Assembly: GCA_965204755.1 (NCBI GenBank)
Contig: OZ242011.1
Location: forward strand, 640,001 to 704,000
DNA length: 64,000 nucleotides
Source: Candidatus Marinacidobacterium sp.
GTDB lineage: Bacteria > Acidobacteriota > Vicinamibacteria > Marinacidobacterales > Marinacidobacteraceae
Reading direction: 5' to 3'
Shown here: positions 29,942-39,368 of the stretch, in pieces
Numbering within the stretch: the first letter of the stretch is position 1
Layout of the letters: each line of letters opens with the position of its first letter
Notes under the pieces: generated by a model
Seen by the model: only the letters and a program-made list of their open reading frames with translations
The model's database searches: none
Told to the model about the DNA's origin: nothing
Made by a program: the position numbers and the translations under genes

Positions 29942-31285
29942 TTACCCCGGCCGGCAGTCTTCGGCGCTCAGCCCGCGGAAGCCGAGCACCCGGACCATGG
30001 ACTCATGCACCTTGACATCCGGCGTCGAGGCGCCGGAGGTGAGGCCGATGCGCACCGGGCCTTCCGGGAGCCAGCCCCGGGCGACCGCTTCGGGCACGGG
30101 CTGGCCGGGGGCGCCGTTCGTCCGGGCGCCGGCCGGACGGAACCGGATCTCTTCGGCGGAAACCAGGCAGGACGGCTCGGCGATGTGGTAGGTCGGGAAC
30201 TTCTCCGCGCACAGGTGCGCGAGGTGCGCGGTGTTCGAGGAGTTGTAACCCCCGACCACCAGCATCAGGTCGAGATCCTCGCGCAGCAACTCGACGACCG
30301 CGTCCTGGCGGTCCTGGGTGGCGCTGCAGATCGTGTCGAACGAACGGAACCGCTCCGCGCATTCCTCTTCGCCGTACCGGCGCAGCATGGACTTCCCCAA
30401 CTCCGCGGCGATCGCCAGGGACTCGCTGCCGAGCATGGTGGTCTGGTTGGCGAGTCCGATCCGACCGAGGTCCCGATCGGGGTCGAACCCTTCGGACACC
30501 GCCGGCCCGAACCGGTCGAGGAAGGCCGCGCGGTCGGGAGGCGGGTTTCCCGGAGCGCCGGCCTCGATGTACCGACAGACCGCGCGCGTCTCCTCCATGT
30601 CGCGGACGACCAGGTAAGCGCCGGCGCGAGAAACGGTGGCGCGGGTCTCTTCGTGGGCGTACTTCCCGTGGACCACGGAAGTGCGCCCGTCGCGCCGGTA
30701 CCGCTCCACATTCTTCCAGACATTCAGCACGGAACCGCAGGTCGTATCCACCAGGATCGAGCCCCGGCGGCGCAGGGTTTCGAGTTCCTCGACCGCGACG
30801 CCGAAAGCCGGAAGCAGCACCACATCCACCGGGCCGAGCGAGGCGAACCGCTCCTCCGGCGAACCCTCACCATCGAGGAAGCGGACCCCCATCTCGGTGA
30901 GGCGGCGGTTCACATACGGATTGTGGATGATCTCGCCGGTGATGAACAGCAGCCGTCCGGGAAACCGGAGGCGCGCTTCGTAGGCGTACTCGACCGCCCG
31001 GTCCACGCCGTAACAGAAGCCGAACTCCGTCGCGAGTCGGAACAAGACCTCCCCGGCGCGGAGGCGGTGCCCGCACTCCCGCGCGAACCGGACGAGGTGG
31101 CCGGTGTAGTCGTGTTCGAGCGGCGCGGCGACTTCCTTCTTCAGCCCCAGCCCGCGCCGGTAGTGGACGCCCGGCGCCGGGGCGTCGGAGACGCCGCCCG
31201 CCGGGCCCGGAAGCGGGGGAGGCGCGCCGGCGCGGCCGCGCCGGGCGCCGGATTCGGCGGGCGCTGCGGCGGGCGGAACGGTCAT
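29942..31285 (-). CDS. ispH: 4-hydroxy-3-methylbut-2-enyl diphosphate reductase
   Basis: FGFCYGVDRA, IIHNP, DTTC, HEET, NQTT, DTICSATQDRQ, GGYNSSNT, SGASTP; ATG at 31285. Confidence 0.93.
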   Translation of the reverse strand: MTVPPAAAPAESGARRGRAGAPPPLPGPAGGVSDAPAPGVHYRRGLGLKKEVAAPLEHDYTGHLVRFARECGHRLRAGEVLFRLATEFGFCYGVDRAVEYAYEARLRFPGRLLFITGEIIHNPYVNRRLTEMGVRFLDGEGSPEERFASLGPVDVVLLPAFGVAVEELETLRRRGSILVDTTCGSVLNVWKNVERYRRDGRTSVVHGKYAHEETRATVSRAGAYLVVRDMEETRAVCRYIEAGAPGNPPPDRAAFLDRFGPAVSEGFDPDRDLGRIGLANQTTMLGSESLAIAAELGKSMLRRYGEEECAERFRSFDTICSATQDRQDAVVELLREDLDLMLVVGGYNSSNTAHLAHLCAEKFPTYHIAEPSCLVSAEEIRFRPAGARTNGAPGQPVPEAVARGWLPEGPVRIGLTSGASTPDVKVHESMVRVLGFRGLSAEDCRPG

Positions 31286-31340
31286 CGGGCAGTCATCCGG
31301 ACAGTCGTCCGGGCAGTCATCCGGGCAGTCATTTCGGGCG
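31281..31340. repeat. About five imperfect 12-bp tandem repeats at the ispH start
   Basis: gtcatc(c)gggca units. Confidence 0.75.
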
Positions 31341-31402
31341 GCCCCGGATGATACTCCGCCGGCGGGCTTCCCCGGCCCGCTCCTGCTACAATCGGGGCGC
31401 TC

Positions 31403-31753
31403 ATGCAGGATGTCCTGATCACCGGGCCGCGCAAGCGGCAGCCGAAGATCCTGGCCTATGTGGACTCGGGCAAGTGCTTCGGGCGCGGCTGCGAGATGTG
31501 CATCGCAGTGTGCCCGGTGCAGGACTGCATCACGCTGGTTCCCGACCCGGAACCGCGCTCCGCGGGGCAGGTCTGCGAAGTGAATGTGGAAACCTGCATC
31601 GGCTGCCAACTGTGCGCCAAGTTCTGTCCGCCGGACTACGACGCGGTGCACATGTTCCCCCACGACGAGGGGATCCGGCTGGCCGAAGAGCGCGAGCGCT
31701 CCTACGAGTACCGGCAGTACAAGAAAAAGCCGGGCGAAGCGCTCGCGCGTTAG
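31403..31753 (+). CDS. 2x[4Fe-4S] ferredoxin
   Basis: CFGRGCEMCIAVCP and CIGCQLCAKFCP; preceded by the extended -10 TGcTACAAT (31384-31392). Confidence 0.9.
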   Translation: MQDVLITGPRKRQPKILAYVDSGKCFGRGCEMCIAVCPVQDCITLVPDPEPRSAGQVCEVNVETCIGCQLCAKFCPPDYDAVHMFPHDEGIRLAEERERSYEYRQYKKKPGEALAR

Positions 31754-31861
31754 CAGGCGGCGGGAAGGGCGCCCCGCCCTCCGCTCCTCGACCACCGGGT
31801 ACCAAGTCGCCGGTCGGCGCTTCGCGCCGGCGAGCGCTCCCCGGATCTTCCCTGCGGGCTG
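31754..31861. repeat. Internally deleted copy of the MITE-like element
   Basis: Begins right after TTAG; gcgccccgcc.tcc.ctcctcgac...ccaagtc joined to ccggtcggcgcttcgcgccg...ctccccgga...cgggctg. Confidence 0.7.
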
Positions 31862-31951
31862 CCGACGGTAGGCGTTCCGGCTCGAGGCGTTCCGGCTCGC
31901 CCCGGGCGCCGGGAGCGGCGGGAACTCGATCCCAGCCGCGAGGCCGGCGCC

Positions 31952-33247
31952 CTACCTTCCGTCGGCCGGTTCCGGGAAGCGGACGAAAGCGCCGCGTTCC
32001 GGCCCGGTGGAGACGAGGCGGATCGGCGTGGCGGAGAGTTCCTCGATCGTCTCCAGGTAGCGGCGGGCGCCGGCCGGGAGGTCGCCGAGCCGGGTCACTC
32101 CGCGGGTGGACTCGCTCCAGCCGGGCAGCGTCCGGTATTCCGGTTCGCAGCGGGCGAGCGCCTCGGGTTCGCCCGGGAACTCGTCCACCGGGTCGCCGTC
32201 GAGCCGGTAGCGGACGCCGACCCGCACTTCGTCGAGGCCGTCGAGCACATCCAACTTGGTGATCGCCAGTTCGTCGAGGCCGTTGATCCTCCGCGCGTAG
32301 CGGAGGACGACGCTGTCGAACCAGCCGCAGCGGCGGGGGCGGCCGGTGGTCGCGCCGAACTCGGCCCCGCGCTCCCGGATCCGCCCGTTCATCGCCTCGT
32401 CCATCTCGGTGGGGAGCGGCCCCTCTCCCACCCGGGTCTGGTAGGCCTTCGCCACGCCCAGCACCCGGCCGACCGCCCGGGGCCCGACCCCGGCGCCGAC
32501 CGCCGCCCCGGCGGCGACCGCGGTGGAGGAAGTGACGAACGGGTAGGTGCCGTGGTCGAGGTCGAGCAGGCTGGCCTGCGCCCCCTCGAAGAGCACCCGC
32601 CCGCCGCGCTCGAGGATCCGGTGGACTTCCAGCGAGGTGTCCGCGATGAGCGGGAGCGCGCGCCGCGCGAACCGGTCGAGCAGCGCCCGCGCCGCCGCGG
32701 TCTCCTCCTCGGTCCTGGCCGCCGACCAGCCCAGCAGCGAGGCGCGCGCCTCCATCAGGCGCGCGAGCCGGGCGTCGCGGTAGTCGGGGCGGCGGAGGTC
32801 GTTCAGGCGCAGCCCGCGGCGGCCGGCCTTGTCCTCGTAGGCCGGGCCGATCCCCCGCCGGGTGGTGCCGATCCGGTGGGCGCCGAGCCGCTCTTCCTCC
32901 CGCGCCTCGACGGCGCGATGCACCGGCAGGATCACCTGCGCCCGGTCGGAGAGCAGCAGGCCCTGGCAGGGGTCGAGCCCGGCCGCCTCCAGCCCGTCGA
33001 TTTCGGCGAGCAGGGCTTCGGGGTCCACCACGCAGCCGTTCCCCACGATGGAGCGGACGCCGGGGTGGAGGACGGCGGACGGCAGGAGATGCAGGATGAA
33101 CTCGCGCCCGTCCACCACCACGGTGTGGCCGGCGTTGTGCCCCCCGCCGAACCGGACCACCGCGTCGAAGTCCGGCGCGAGCAGGTCCACGAACTTCCCC
33201 TTCCCTTCGTCGCCCCACTGGGTGCCGACGACCGCGACGCCGGGCAT
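31952..33247 (-). CDS. purA: Adenylosuccinate synthetase
   Basis: QWGDEGKGK, GGHNAGHT, GIGPAY, GTYPFVTSS, GATTGRPRRCGWFD. Confidence 0.97.
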   Translation of the reverse strand: MPGVAVVGTQWGDEGKGKFVDLLAPDFDAVVRFGGGHNAGHTVVVDGREFILHLLPSAVLHPGVRSIVGNGCVVDPEALLAEIDGLEAAGLDPCQGLLLSDRAQVILPVHRAVEAREEERLGAHRIGTTRRGIGPAYEDKAGRRGLRLNDLRRPDYRDARLARLMEARASLLGWSAARTEEETAAARALLDRFARRALPLIADTSLEVHRILERGGRVLFEGAQASLLDLDHGTYPFVTSSTAVAAGAAVGAGVGPRAVGRVLGVAKAYQTRVGEGPLPTEMDEAMNGRIRERGAEFGATTGRPRRCGWFDSVVLRYARRINGLDELAITKLDVLDGLDEVRVGVRYRLDGDPVDEFPGEPEALARCEPEYRTLPGWSESTRGVTRLGDLPAGARRYLETIEELSATPIRLVSTGPERGAFVRFPEPADGR

Positions 33248-33310
33248 GTCGGTTCCCCTCGGGTCGCGGGCGGCCGGAGCGGAGTCGGGACGGGGGCGCG
33301 GTTCGCCGCG

Positions 33311-33883
33311 CTACTCGAGACCGAGCAGCGCCCGGATCTCTTCTTCGAGGCGCGGCGGCGTGCGCTCCGGGTGGAACCCGAGATGCCGCTTCCGCACCAG
33401 CCCGCTCCGGTCGGTCATGTAGGTGGTCGGCACCAGACTCACCCGGAACCCTTCGTCGGCCTCCACGGTCGAGATCAGGTTCGTGTAGGTCACCCCGTAC
33501 TCGTCGAGGAACGCCTGCACCTCTTCGTCGGCGGGCAGCCCGTCGTCCACATGGAGGCCGACGACCACCAGGCCGTCCTCGCGGTAGCGGTCCTCCAACT
33601 CCTGGAAGAAGGGCAAGGACACCCGGCAGGGGCCGCACCACACCGCCCAGAAGTCGAAGACCACGACCTTCCCCTCGAACCCGCGCAGGGAGACCCGGTT
33701 CCCGGCGAGGTCGCGGAGCGAGACATCCGGGGGCGGCTGCCCGATCACGCCCCGCCGGCGTTCGGTCTCCTGCCCGGGGGCCGGGGCGGTCGCCGGCCCT
33801 TCCGCGGCGGCCGCGGACCCGGCGGCGAACGCGGCGGGCAGCAGTCCGGCCGTCAGGCGGACGGCGGGGAGGAACGGTCTCAC
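33311..33883 (-). CDS. TlpA/ResA-family exported thiol-disulfide oxidoreductase
   Basis: DFWAVWCGPC, VPTTY; signal peptide; GTG 33883 overlaps the trxB stop. Confidence 0.88.
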   Translation of the reverse strand: MRPFLPAVRLTAGLLPAAFAAGSAAAAEGPATAPAPGQETERRRGVIGQPPPDVSLRDLAGNRVSLRGFEGKVVVFDFWAVWCGPCRVSLPFFQELEDRYREDGLVVVGLHVDDGLPADEEVQAFLDEYGVTYTNLISTVEADEGFRVSLVPTTYMTDRSGLVRKRHLGFHPERTPPRLEEEIRALLGLE

Positions 33884-34860
33884 GCGGGGGTCGAAACCGC
33901 GGCGACGGGCGCTTCCCGCTCCGCGAGCCACCGCTCGCAGGCGATCGCCGCCATGCACCCGGTCCCGGCGGCGGTCACCGCCTGCCGGTAGGTGGCGTCC
34001 ATCACATCGCCGCACGCGAACACCCCTTCCACCGAGGTCGTGGTGGCCCCCGGATCCACCTTCACATAGCCGGTGGGTTCGAGGTCGAGTTGGCCGGCGA
34101 AGATCGCGGTGTTCGGCTCGTGGCCGATGGCCACGAACAGCGCCTCCACCGGAAGGTCGGTCAGCGCGTCCGTCTTCCGGTTCCGGATCCGCGCGGCGGT
34201 CACCCCGTCCTCGTTCCCCAGCACTTCCTCGACCACGCTGTCCCAGATGAACCGGATCCCGGGATGGGCCTTCGCCCGGTCCCCCATGATCCGCGAGGCC
34301 CGGAGTTCGCCGCGCCGGTGGATCACATGGACGGTGGTGGCGAACCGGGTGAGGAAGAGCGCCTCCTCCATCGCGGTGTCGCCGCCGCCGACCACCGCCA
34401 TCTCCTTTCCCCGGTAGAGCGCGCCGTCGCAGGTGGCGCAGGCCGAGACGCCGCGGTTCAGGAACTTCTTCTCGGACTCCAGCCCGAGCCAGCGCGCGCG
34501 GGCGCCGGTGGCGGCGATCACCGACTCCGCGAGGATCGTCCCTCCGCCGACGCGCACCCGGAACGGACGCGAGGAGAAGTCCACCGAGTCCGCATCGACC
34601 AGCCGCACTTCGGTCCCGAACCGCTCCGCCTGGTCGCGGAACAGGGCCATGAGTTCGTACCCGGTAACCCCCTTCGGGAAGCCGGGGTAGTTCTCCACAT
34701 CGGTGGTCAGCATCAACTGCCCGCCGGGGAGCATCGTCGGATCGAGTCCGGCGCCGGCGAGGAGGAGCGGCTCGAGCCCGGCGCGCGCGGCGTAGATCGC
34801 GGCGGTGTATCCGGCGGGGCCGCTGCCGATGATGACGAGGCGGCGGACGGGGTCGGGCAC
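33880..34860 (-). CDS. trxB: Thioredoxin reductase
   Basis: IIGSGPAGYTAA, VENYPGF, SACATCDG, GGGDTAMEEA, YRQAVTAAGTG. Confidence 0.97.
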   Translation of the reverse strand: MPDPVRRLVIIGSGPAGYTAAIYAARAGLEPLLLAGAGLDPTMLPGGQLMLTTDVENYPGFPKGVTGYELMALFRDQAERFGTEVRLVDADSVDFSSRPFRVRVGGGTILAESVIAATGARARWLGLESEKKFLNRGVSACATCDGALYRGKEMAVVGGGDTAMEEALFLTRFATTVHVIHRRGELRASRIMGDRAKAHPGIRFIWDSVVEEVLGNEDGVTAARIRNRKTDALTDLPVEALFVAIGHEPNTAIFAGQLDLEPTGYVKVDPGATTTSVEGVFACGDVMDATYRQAVTAAGTGCMAAIACERWLAEREAPVAAVSTPA

Positions 34861-34875
34861 GAGCGGCGGGCGAGA

Positions 34876-35850
34876 CTAGCACCAACCCGGCGGCCCGCCG
34901 CCTTCGGGAGCGGTGGCGCGGGAGAGCGCGGCGTAGGCCTCCACCGGAAGGCGCTGGGGGCGGGTCCCGGGGTCGAGACCGAGCCGCGAGACGGCGGCCC
35001 CGACCCGCTCCCTCAGGCTCTCGTCGGGGAGCCGGAGGACGGCGTTCCCGAGGGTCTTCCTCCGGTGCCGGAAGAGGTCGCGCACCAGCGACCGGAAGTG
35101 GGCCGAGTCGCCGACCGCGGGCGCGTCGGGCCTCGGGAGCAGCCGGACCACGGAAGCCACGACCCGCGGCCGGGGGCGGAACGCCGCCGGATGGATGCGG
35201 AACAGGATCCGGGGGCGGAGCGCCTGCTGCACGACGACGGAGAGCGCCCCGTACTCGGGGTCGCCGCACCGGGCGGCGACCCGCGCGGCGACCTCGCGCT
35301 GCAGGGTGAGGGTGAAACTCGAGAACGGCGCTCCGGCGGCGCCCGCCTCCAGCAGGCGGAGCAGCAGCGGCGAACCGACCGAGAACGGCAAGTTCCCGCA
35401 GACCGGGACCGGGAGCGGCGCCCCGAACCCGGCGAGCGCCGCGGCGAAGTCGAAGTCGAGCGCGTCCGCGGTGACGAGCCGGAGACGGTCGCCGAAACCC
35501 CGCGTCCGCGCCCTCTCGGCCAGCGCGGCAGAAAGCCGGGGGTCGAGTTCGACCGCCAGCACCCGGGCGCCGGCGGCGAGGAGCGGCAAGGTGATCGCCC
35601 CCCGACCCGGCCCGATTTCCACGACCCAGGGGCCGCCCTCCGGCGGAGAGCCGCCCTCCGGCGGAGAGCCGCCCTCCGGCGGAGAGCCGCCCTCCGGCGC
35701 GCCGGCCCGGAGCACCGCCGCCGCGAACCGCTCGGCGACGGAACGGTCGTGGAGGAAGTTCTGACCCCGCGACCGGGTCGGGAAGAACCTCCGGGGCGCG
35801 GTCCCGGTCACCGGCGCCGGCCCCGACCCGCCGCGCCCGACCTCGACCAC
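34876..35850 (-). CDS. rsmA: 16S rRNA m6,2A dimethyltransferase
   Basis: GQNFL, VEIGPGRGAIT, VELD, GNLPF, LQREVAAR, FRPRPRV; start uncertain. Confidence 0.92.
   Translation of the reverse strand: MVEVGRGGSGPAPVTGTAPRRFFPTRSRGQNFLHDRSVAERFAAAVLRAGAPEGGSPPEGGSPPEGGSPPEGGPWVVEIGPGRGAITLPLLAAGARVLAVELDPRLSAALAERARTRGFGDRLRLVTADALDFDFAAALAGFGAPLPVPVCGNLPFSVGSPLLLRLLEAGAAGAPFSSFTLTLQREVAARVAARCGDPEYGALSVVVQQALRPRILFRIHPAAFRPRPRVVASVVRLLPRPDAPAVGDSAHFRSLVRDLFRHRRKTLGNAVLRLPDESLRERVGAAVSRLGLDPGTRPQRLPVEAYAALSRATAPEGGGPPGWC
35632..35698. repeat. 18-bp in-frame tandem repeat within rsmA (PEGGSP, about 3.7 copies)
   Basis: gccgccctccggcggaga repeated three times plus a partial copy. Confidence 0.9.
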
Positions 35851-35955
35851 CCGCCGGCCGCCGGTCGATGCGGAGAGCGCCCCGCCGGGAAACCGAACGC
35901 GGACTTCATGGCGTTCCGGCAGGGCGGGCCTGGCGGTGCGTTCTCCCCGCGGCCC
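35851..35955. repeat. Diverged, inverted copy of the MITE's left hairpin
   Basis: gagcgccccgccg.gaa.c.gaacgcggactt matches the reverse complement of 27242-27273; folds as a long stem. Confidence 0.55.
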
Positions 35956-36096
35956 GACACAGTTGAAGCATCACTTTAGGTTTGTTAGCCTATATTCCCG
36001 CGTATCAGTTACTTCGGGGGATGTCCGACCTGACTCGAAACCGACGCCCCGGAGGACCTGTCGAACGGTATCGGAACCGGGAGCGGGCCGTGAACC

Positions 36097-36975
36097 ATGG
36101 AAATCGCCGCCGCCCTGCTGCTGGGGGCGCTGCAGGGTCTGACGGAGTTCCTGCCGGTGTCGAGTTCGGGACACCTGGCGCTCGCCCGGTCGCTGCTGCC
36201 GGCGGGCGCGCTGTCCTCGCCGGGCATCCTGTTCGAGGTCGTCGTCCACCTGGGGACGCTGGCCGCGGCGCTGGCGCACCTGCGCCGCGAGGTGGCCGCG
36301 GTGGCTAGGTCGCTCCTCCCGCGGGCCGCCGGCCCGGCCGGGGACGCCGCGCGCGGCCACCGGCGGCTGGCGTGGCTGCTGCTGGTCGCGGCCGCCCCGG
36401 CGGGGGCGGCCGGCATCCTCTTCGCCGGCCCCGCGCGCTCCGCCTTCGCCGGCCCGGAGGTCGCCTCGCTCGGCCTGCTGGCCACCGGGGCGGTGCTGCT
36501 CGGCTCGCGGCGTCTCGTGGCGCGGGATCGCGCCGCCGGGGACGGGGCGTCTCCGGCAACGGCGGCGGCAGACGCCGCGCCGAAGAGCGCCGGGGACGCG
36601 CTCCGGATCGGGCTCGCCCAGGCCGCCGCCATCCTCCCCGGGGTCTCCCGCTCCGGGATGACGATCGTCGCCGGGCGGATGCGCGGCATGACCGGCGGCG
36701 CCGCCGCCCGGTTCAGTTTCCTGCTGTCCGCGCCGGTGATCGCCGGCGCGGCGGTGGTCGAAGGAGCGAGCGCGTTCTCCGGCGGCGCTCCGGCCGGCGC
36801 CGGGGCGGCGGGGACCTGGGCCCTCGAACTGGCGCTCGGCTTCGCCGCGGCGTTCCTCTTCGGGAGCGCGGCGCTCCGCTGGGTGTTCCGGTGGCTGGCC
36901 CGCGAGCGCTTCCACCAATTCGGTTGGTACTGCCTTTCGCTGGGAGGGATCGGTGTCGGTCTTTCGGGCGCTTAG
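36097..36975 (+). CDS. uppP: Undecaprenyl-diphosphate phosphatase
   Basis: QGLTEFLPVSSSGHL, HLGT, PGVSRSG, ARFSFLL. Confidence 0.95.
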   Translation: MEIAAALLLGALQGLTEFLPVSSSGHLALARSLLPAGALSSPGILFEVVVHLGTLAAALAHLRREVAAVARSLLPRAAGPAGDAARGHRRLAWLLLVAAAPAGAAGILFAGPARSAFAGPEVASLGLLATGAVLLGSRRLVARDRAAGDGASPATAAADAAPKSAGDALRIGLAQAAAILPGVSRSGMTIVAGRMRGMTGGAAARFSFLLSAPVIAGAAVVEGASAFSGGAPAGAGAAGTWALELALGFAAAFLFGSAALRWVFRWLARERFHQFGWYCLSLGGIGVGLSGA

Positions 36976-39364
36976 GAGCCTCTTCGCCCACCGGTGGGCG
37001 GCGGCGGTGGCGCTCTTCACCGCCGGCGCCGCGCTCCTGCTGGCCCTCGTCTCCCACTCGGCGGCCGACCCGGTGCCGCTGCTCACCGCCCGCGCCGGCG
37101 GCGCCACCGCGAACTGGCTGGGGCCGGCCGGCGCGTTCCTCTCCGAGGCGACGCTGCGGCTGTTCGGCGTCGTGGGTTTCCTCGTCCCGGCGGCGTTCCT
37201 CCACGCCGGCCGGAGGCGGCTCCACGCGCCGGCCGAGCCGGCCGACCCGGACCCGGCGGCGCTCCGGGCGGTGATCCTCTCGAGCCTCCTGGTCAGCGTG
37301 ACCGGCCTCGCCGCCCTCGCCGGGCAACTGCTCACCGGCGGCGTCCCGGGCCGCGGGCTCTGGGGCGGGTATGTGGGCGCGCTGCTCGCCTCGTCGCTCT
37401 CGAACGCGCTCCATCCCTCCGGGGCCGGGCTGGTGCTCCTCGCGCTCGGTTTCATCAGTTACGGGGCGCTGGTCGGCTGGGACTTCCGCCGGGCGGAAGC
37501 GACCGAACCGCCCGCCCCGGCGCCGACGCCGCCCGAACCGGCGCCGGCCGGTTGGCCGGCCCGGCTCCGGCAGCGCTGGGGTTCCTGGCGGGAGCGCCGC
37601 GCCCGCCGGGAGAAGGCCCGGCGGTTCGTGGCGCGCATCCACCGGCGGCCGCGCCGCTCCCCCGAGGAGCCGCCGGAGGGATCCGGACTCGAGGACGGCG
37701 CCGCGGAAGAGGCGACCGCCGGGGAAGAGGCGGAGGCCTCCGAAAGCGGTTGGGCCGACGGGGAGGACTCGACGGACCCGCCCGCCCCGAAGCCGCGGCC
37801 GGCGGAGCAGCCGGCCCTCCTCTCCGCGGCGCCGGCCGCCGCGAGGAAGAAGGGCGCCCGGAAGGCGCCGGCCGCCGACGCTCCCGCGCAGTGGAAACTG
37901 CCGTCCCTGCAGTTGCTCACCCGGCGGACGGCCCGTTCCGCGCCGGCCCAAAAGGCGCTCGAGGCGCGCCGCGGCGCCCTCGAAGCCGCCTGCGCCGAAT
38001 ACAAGGTGCGGGGGGAGGTGGAGCGCATCCGGCCCGGCCCGGTGGTCACCACCTTCGAGTTCCGGCTCGGCGAGGGGGAGACCCTGCGCAAACTCAGCAG
38101 CCGCCACGAGGAGATCTGCATGGCGCTCCACGCGCCGGCGATCCGGGTGGAGCGGGTTCGCGGGAAGGGCGTCGTCGGGATCGAGGTGCCCAACGAGGAA
38201 CCGGCGGTGGTCGGACTCCGCGAAGTCCTGGAGTCGCCCGAGTTCCAGGAGGAGGCCGGCGCCCTCCCCGTGGGGATCGGCCGGCTGGTGAACGGACGCC
38301 CCCTCGTCCGGGACCTGGCGGAGATGCCGCACCTGCTGGTGGCCGGGGCCACCGGCGCCGGGAAGTCGGTGCTCATCAACACCCTGCTCTGCTCGCTGCT
38401 CGCGCGCCGGACCCCCGACGAACTCCGGCTGATCCTCATCGACCCGAAGCGGGTGGAACTGCGCCCCTACCGGGACCTCCCGCACCTGCTCACGCCGGTG
38501 ATCCTGGAGCCGGAGAAGGCGAAGAATGTCCTCTTCCACGCCTGCCGGGAACTCGACCGGCGGACGCGGGTGCTGGAGCAGCACGGGATGCGGAACATCG
38601 CCGGCTACAACCAGTACTGCCGGCAGGCGGCGGAGGCGCAGTCCGGGAAGCGGGGCAAGAAGGGTGCGGAGCCGGAGGAACTCCCGCAGCCGCTGCCCCG
38701 CCTGGTGATCGTGGTGGACGAGTTGGCGGACCTCTTCATCCACGCCCGGGCCGAAGTGACCCCTTCCATCCAGCGGCTGCTCAGCCTGGGGCGGGCCGAG
38801 GGCATCCACCTGGTGCTCGCCACCCAGCGCCCCTCGACCGACATCGTGAGCGGGACGCTCAAGGCGAACCTGCCCACCCGCATCGCCTTCCGGGTGGCCA
38901 GTTATGTGGACTCGCGGACGATCCTCGACCGCACCGGGGCGGAACTGCTGCTCGGCAAGGGGGACATGCTCATGATGCGCCCCGGCGCCGACCTGCCGCG
39001 GGCGCAGGGGGCGCTGGTGGACGAGAAGGAAGTCGGGCGGCTCACCCGGTTCTGGGCGAACCAGGGGACGCCGGCGCTCGACGAGGGAATGCTCGTCGCC
39101 GAGGAGGAGGCCGGGGGCGGGAACGGCGTGCGCCAGGCGGCCGGCGCCGGGGACGCCTCCGCGAAGCCGTCCGGGGGGGACGCGCTGCTGCCGCAGGCCC
39201 GGGAGTTCATCGTCCGCGAGCAGAAGGCCTCCACCTCGATGCTGCAGACCGAAATGGGGCTCGGCTACCAGCGGGCGCGCCGCATCATCGCCGACCTGGA
39301 GCGGCAGGGCGTGGTCGGCCCGCAGAAGGGCGCCCAGCCCCGCGAGGTCCTGGTCCAGGAGTAG
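36953..39364 (+). CDS. ftsK: DNA translocase FtsK/SpoIIIE
   Basis: N-terminal TM helices; GPVVT, GIEVPN, PHLLVAGATGAGKS, IDPK, VDELADL, ATQRPS; gamma domain GYQRARRII. Confidence 0.95.
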   Translation: MSVFRALRSLFAHRWAAAVALFTAGAALLLALVSHSAADPVPLLTARAGGATANWLGPAGAFLSEATLRLFGVVGFLVPAAFLHAGRRRLHAPAEPADPDPAALRAVILSSLLVSVTGLAALAGQLLTGGVPGRGLWGGYVGALLASSLSNALHPSGAGLVLLALGFISYGALVGWDFRRAEATEPPAPAPTPPEPAPAGWPARLRQRWGSWRERRARREKARRFVARIHRRPRRSPEEPPEGSGLEDGAAEEATAGEEAEASESGWADGEDSTDPPAPKPRPAEQPALLSAAPAAARKKGARKAPAADAPAQWKLPSLQLLTRRTARSAPAQKALEARRGALEAACAEYKVRGEVERIRPGPVVTTFEFRLGEGETLRKLSSRHEEICMALHAPAIRVERVRGKGVVGIEVPNEEPAVVGLREVLESPEFQEEAGALPVGIGRLVNGRPLVRDLAEMPHLLVAGATGAGKSVLINTLLCSLLARRTPDELRLILIDPKRVELRPYRDLPHLLTPVILEPEKAKNVLFHACRELDRRTRVLEQHGMRNIAGYNQYCRQAAEAQSGKRGKKGAEPEELPQPLPRLVIVVDELADLFIHARAEVTPSIQRLLSLGRAEGIHLVLATQRPSTDIVSGTLKANLPTRIAFRVASYVDSRTILDRTGAELLLGKGDMLMMRPGADLPRAQGALVDEKEVGRLTRFWANQGTPALDEGMLVAEEEAGGGNGVRQAAGAGDASAKPSGGDALLPQAREFIVREQKASTSMLQTEMGLGYQRARRIIADLERQGVVGPQKGAQPREVLVQE

Positions 39365-39368
39365 TCCG

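Noticed and set aside
35960-36000. dif site near ftsK
   Set aside because: No match to the XerC/XerD arms (e.g. TTATGTTAAA).
35860-36060. Long hairpin as 6S RNA, SRP RNA, tmRNA or a riboswitch
   Set aside because: Lacks the diagnostic motifs; the hairpin is better explained as a diverged copy of the MITE family.
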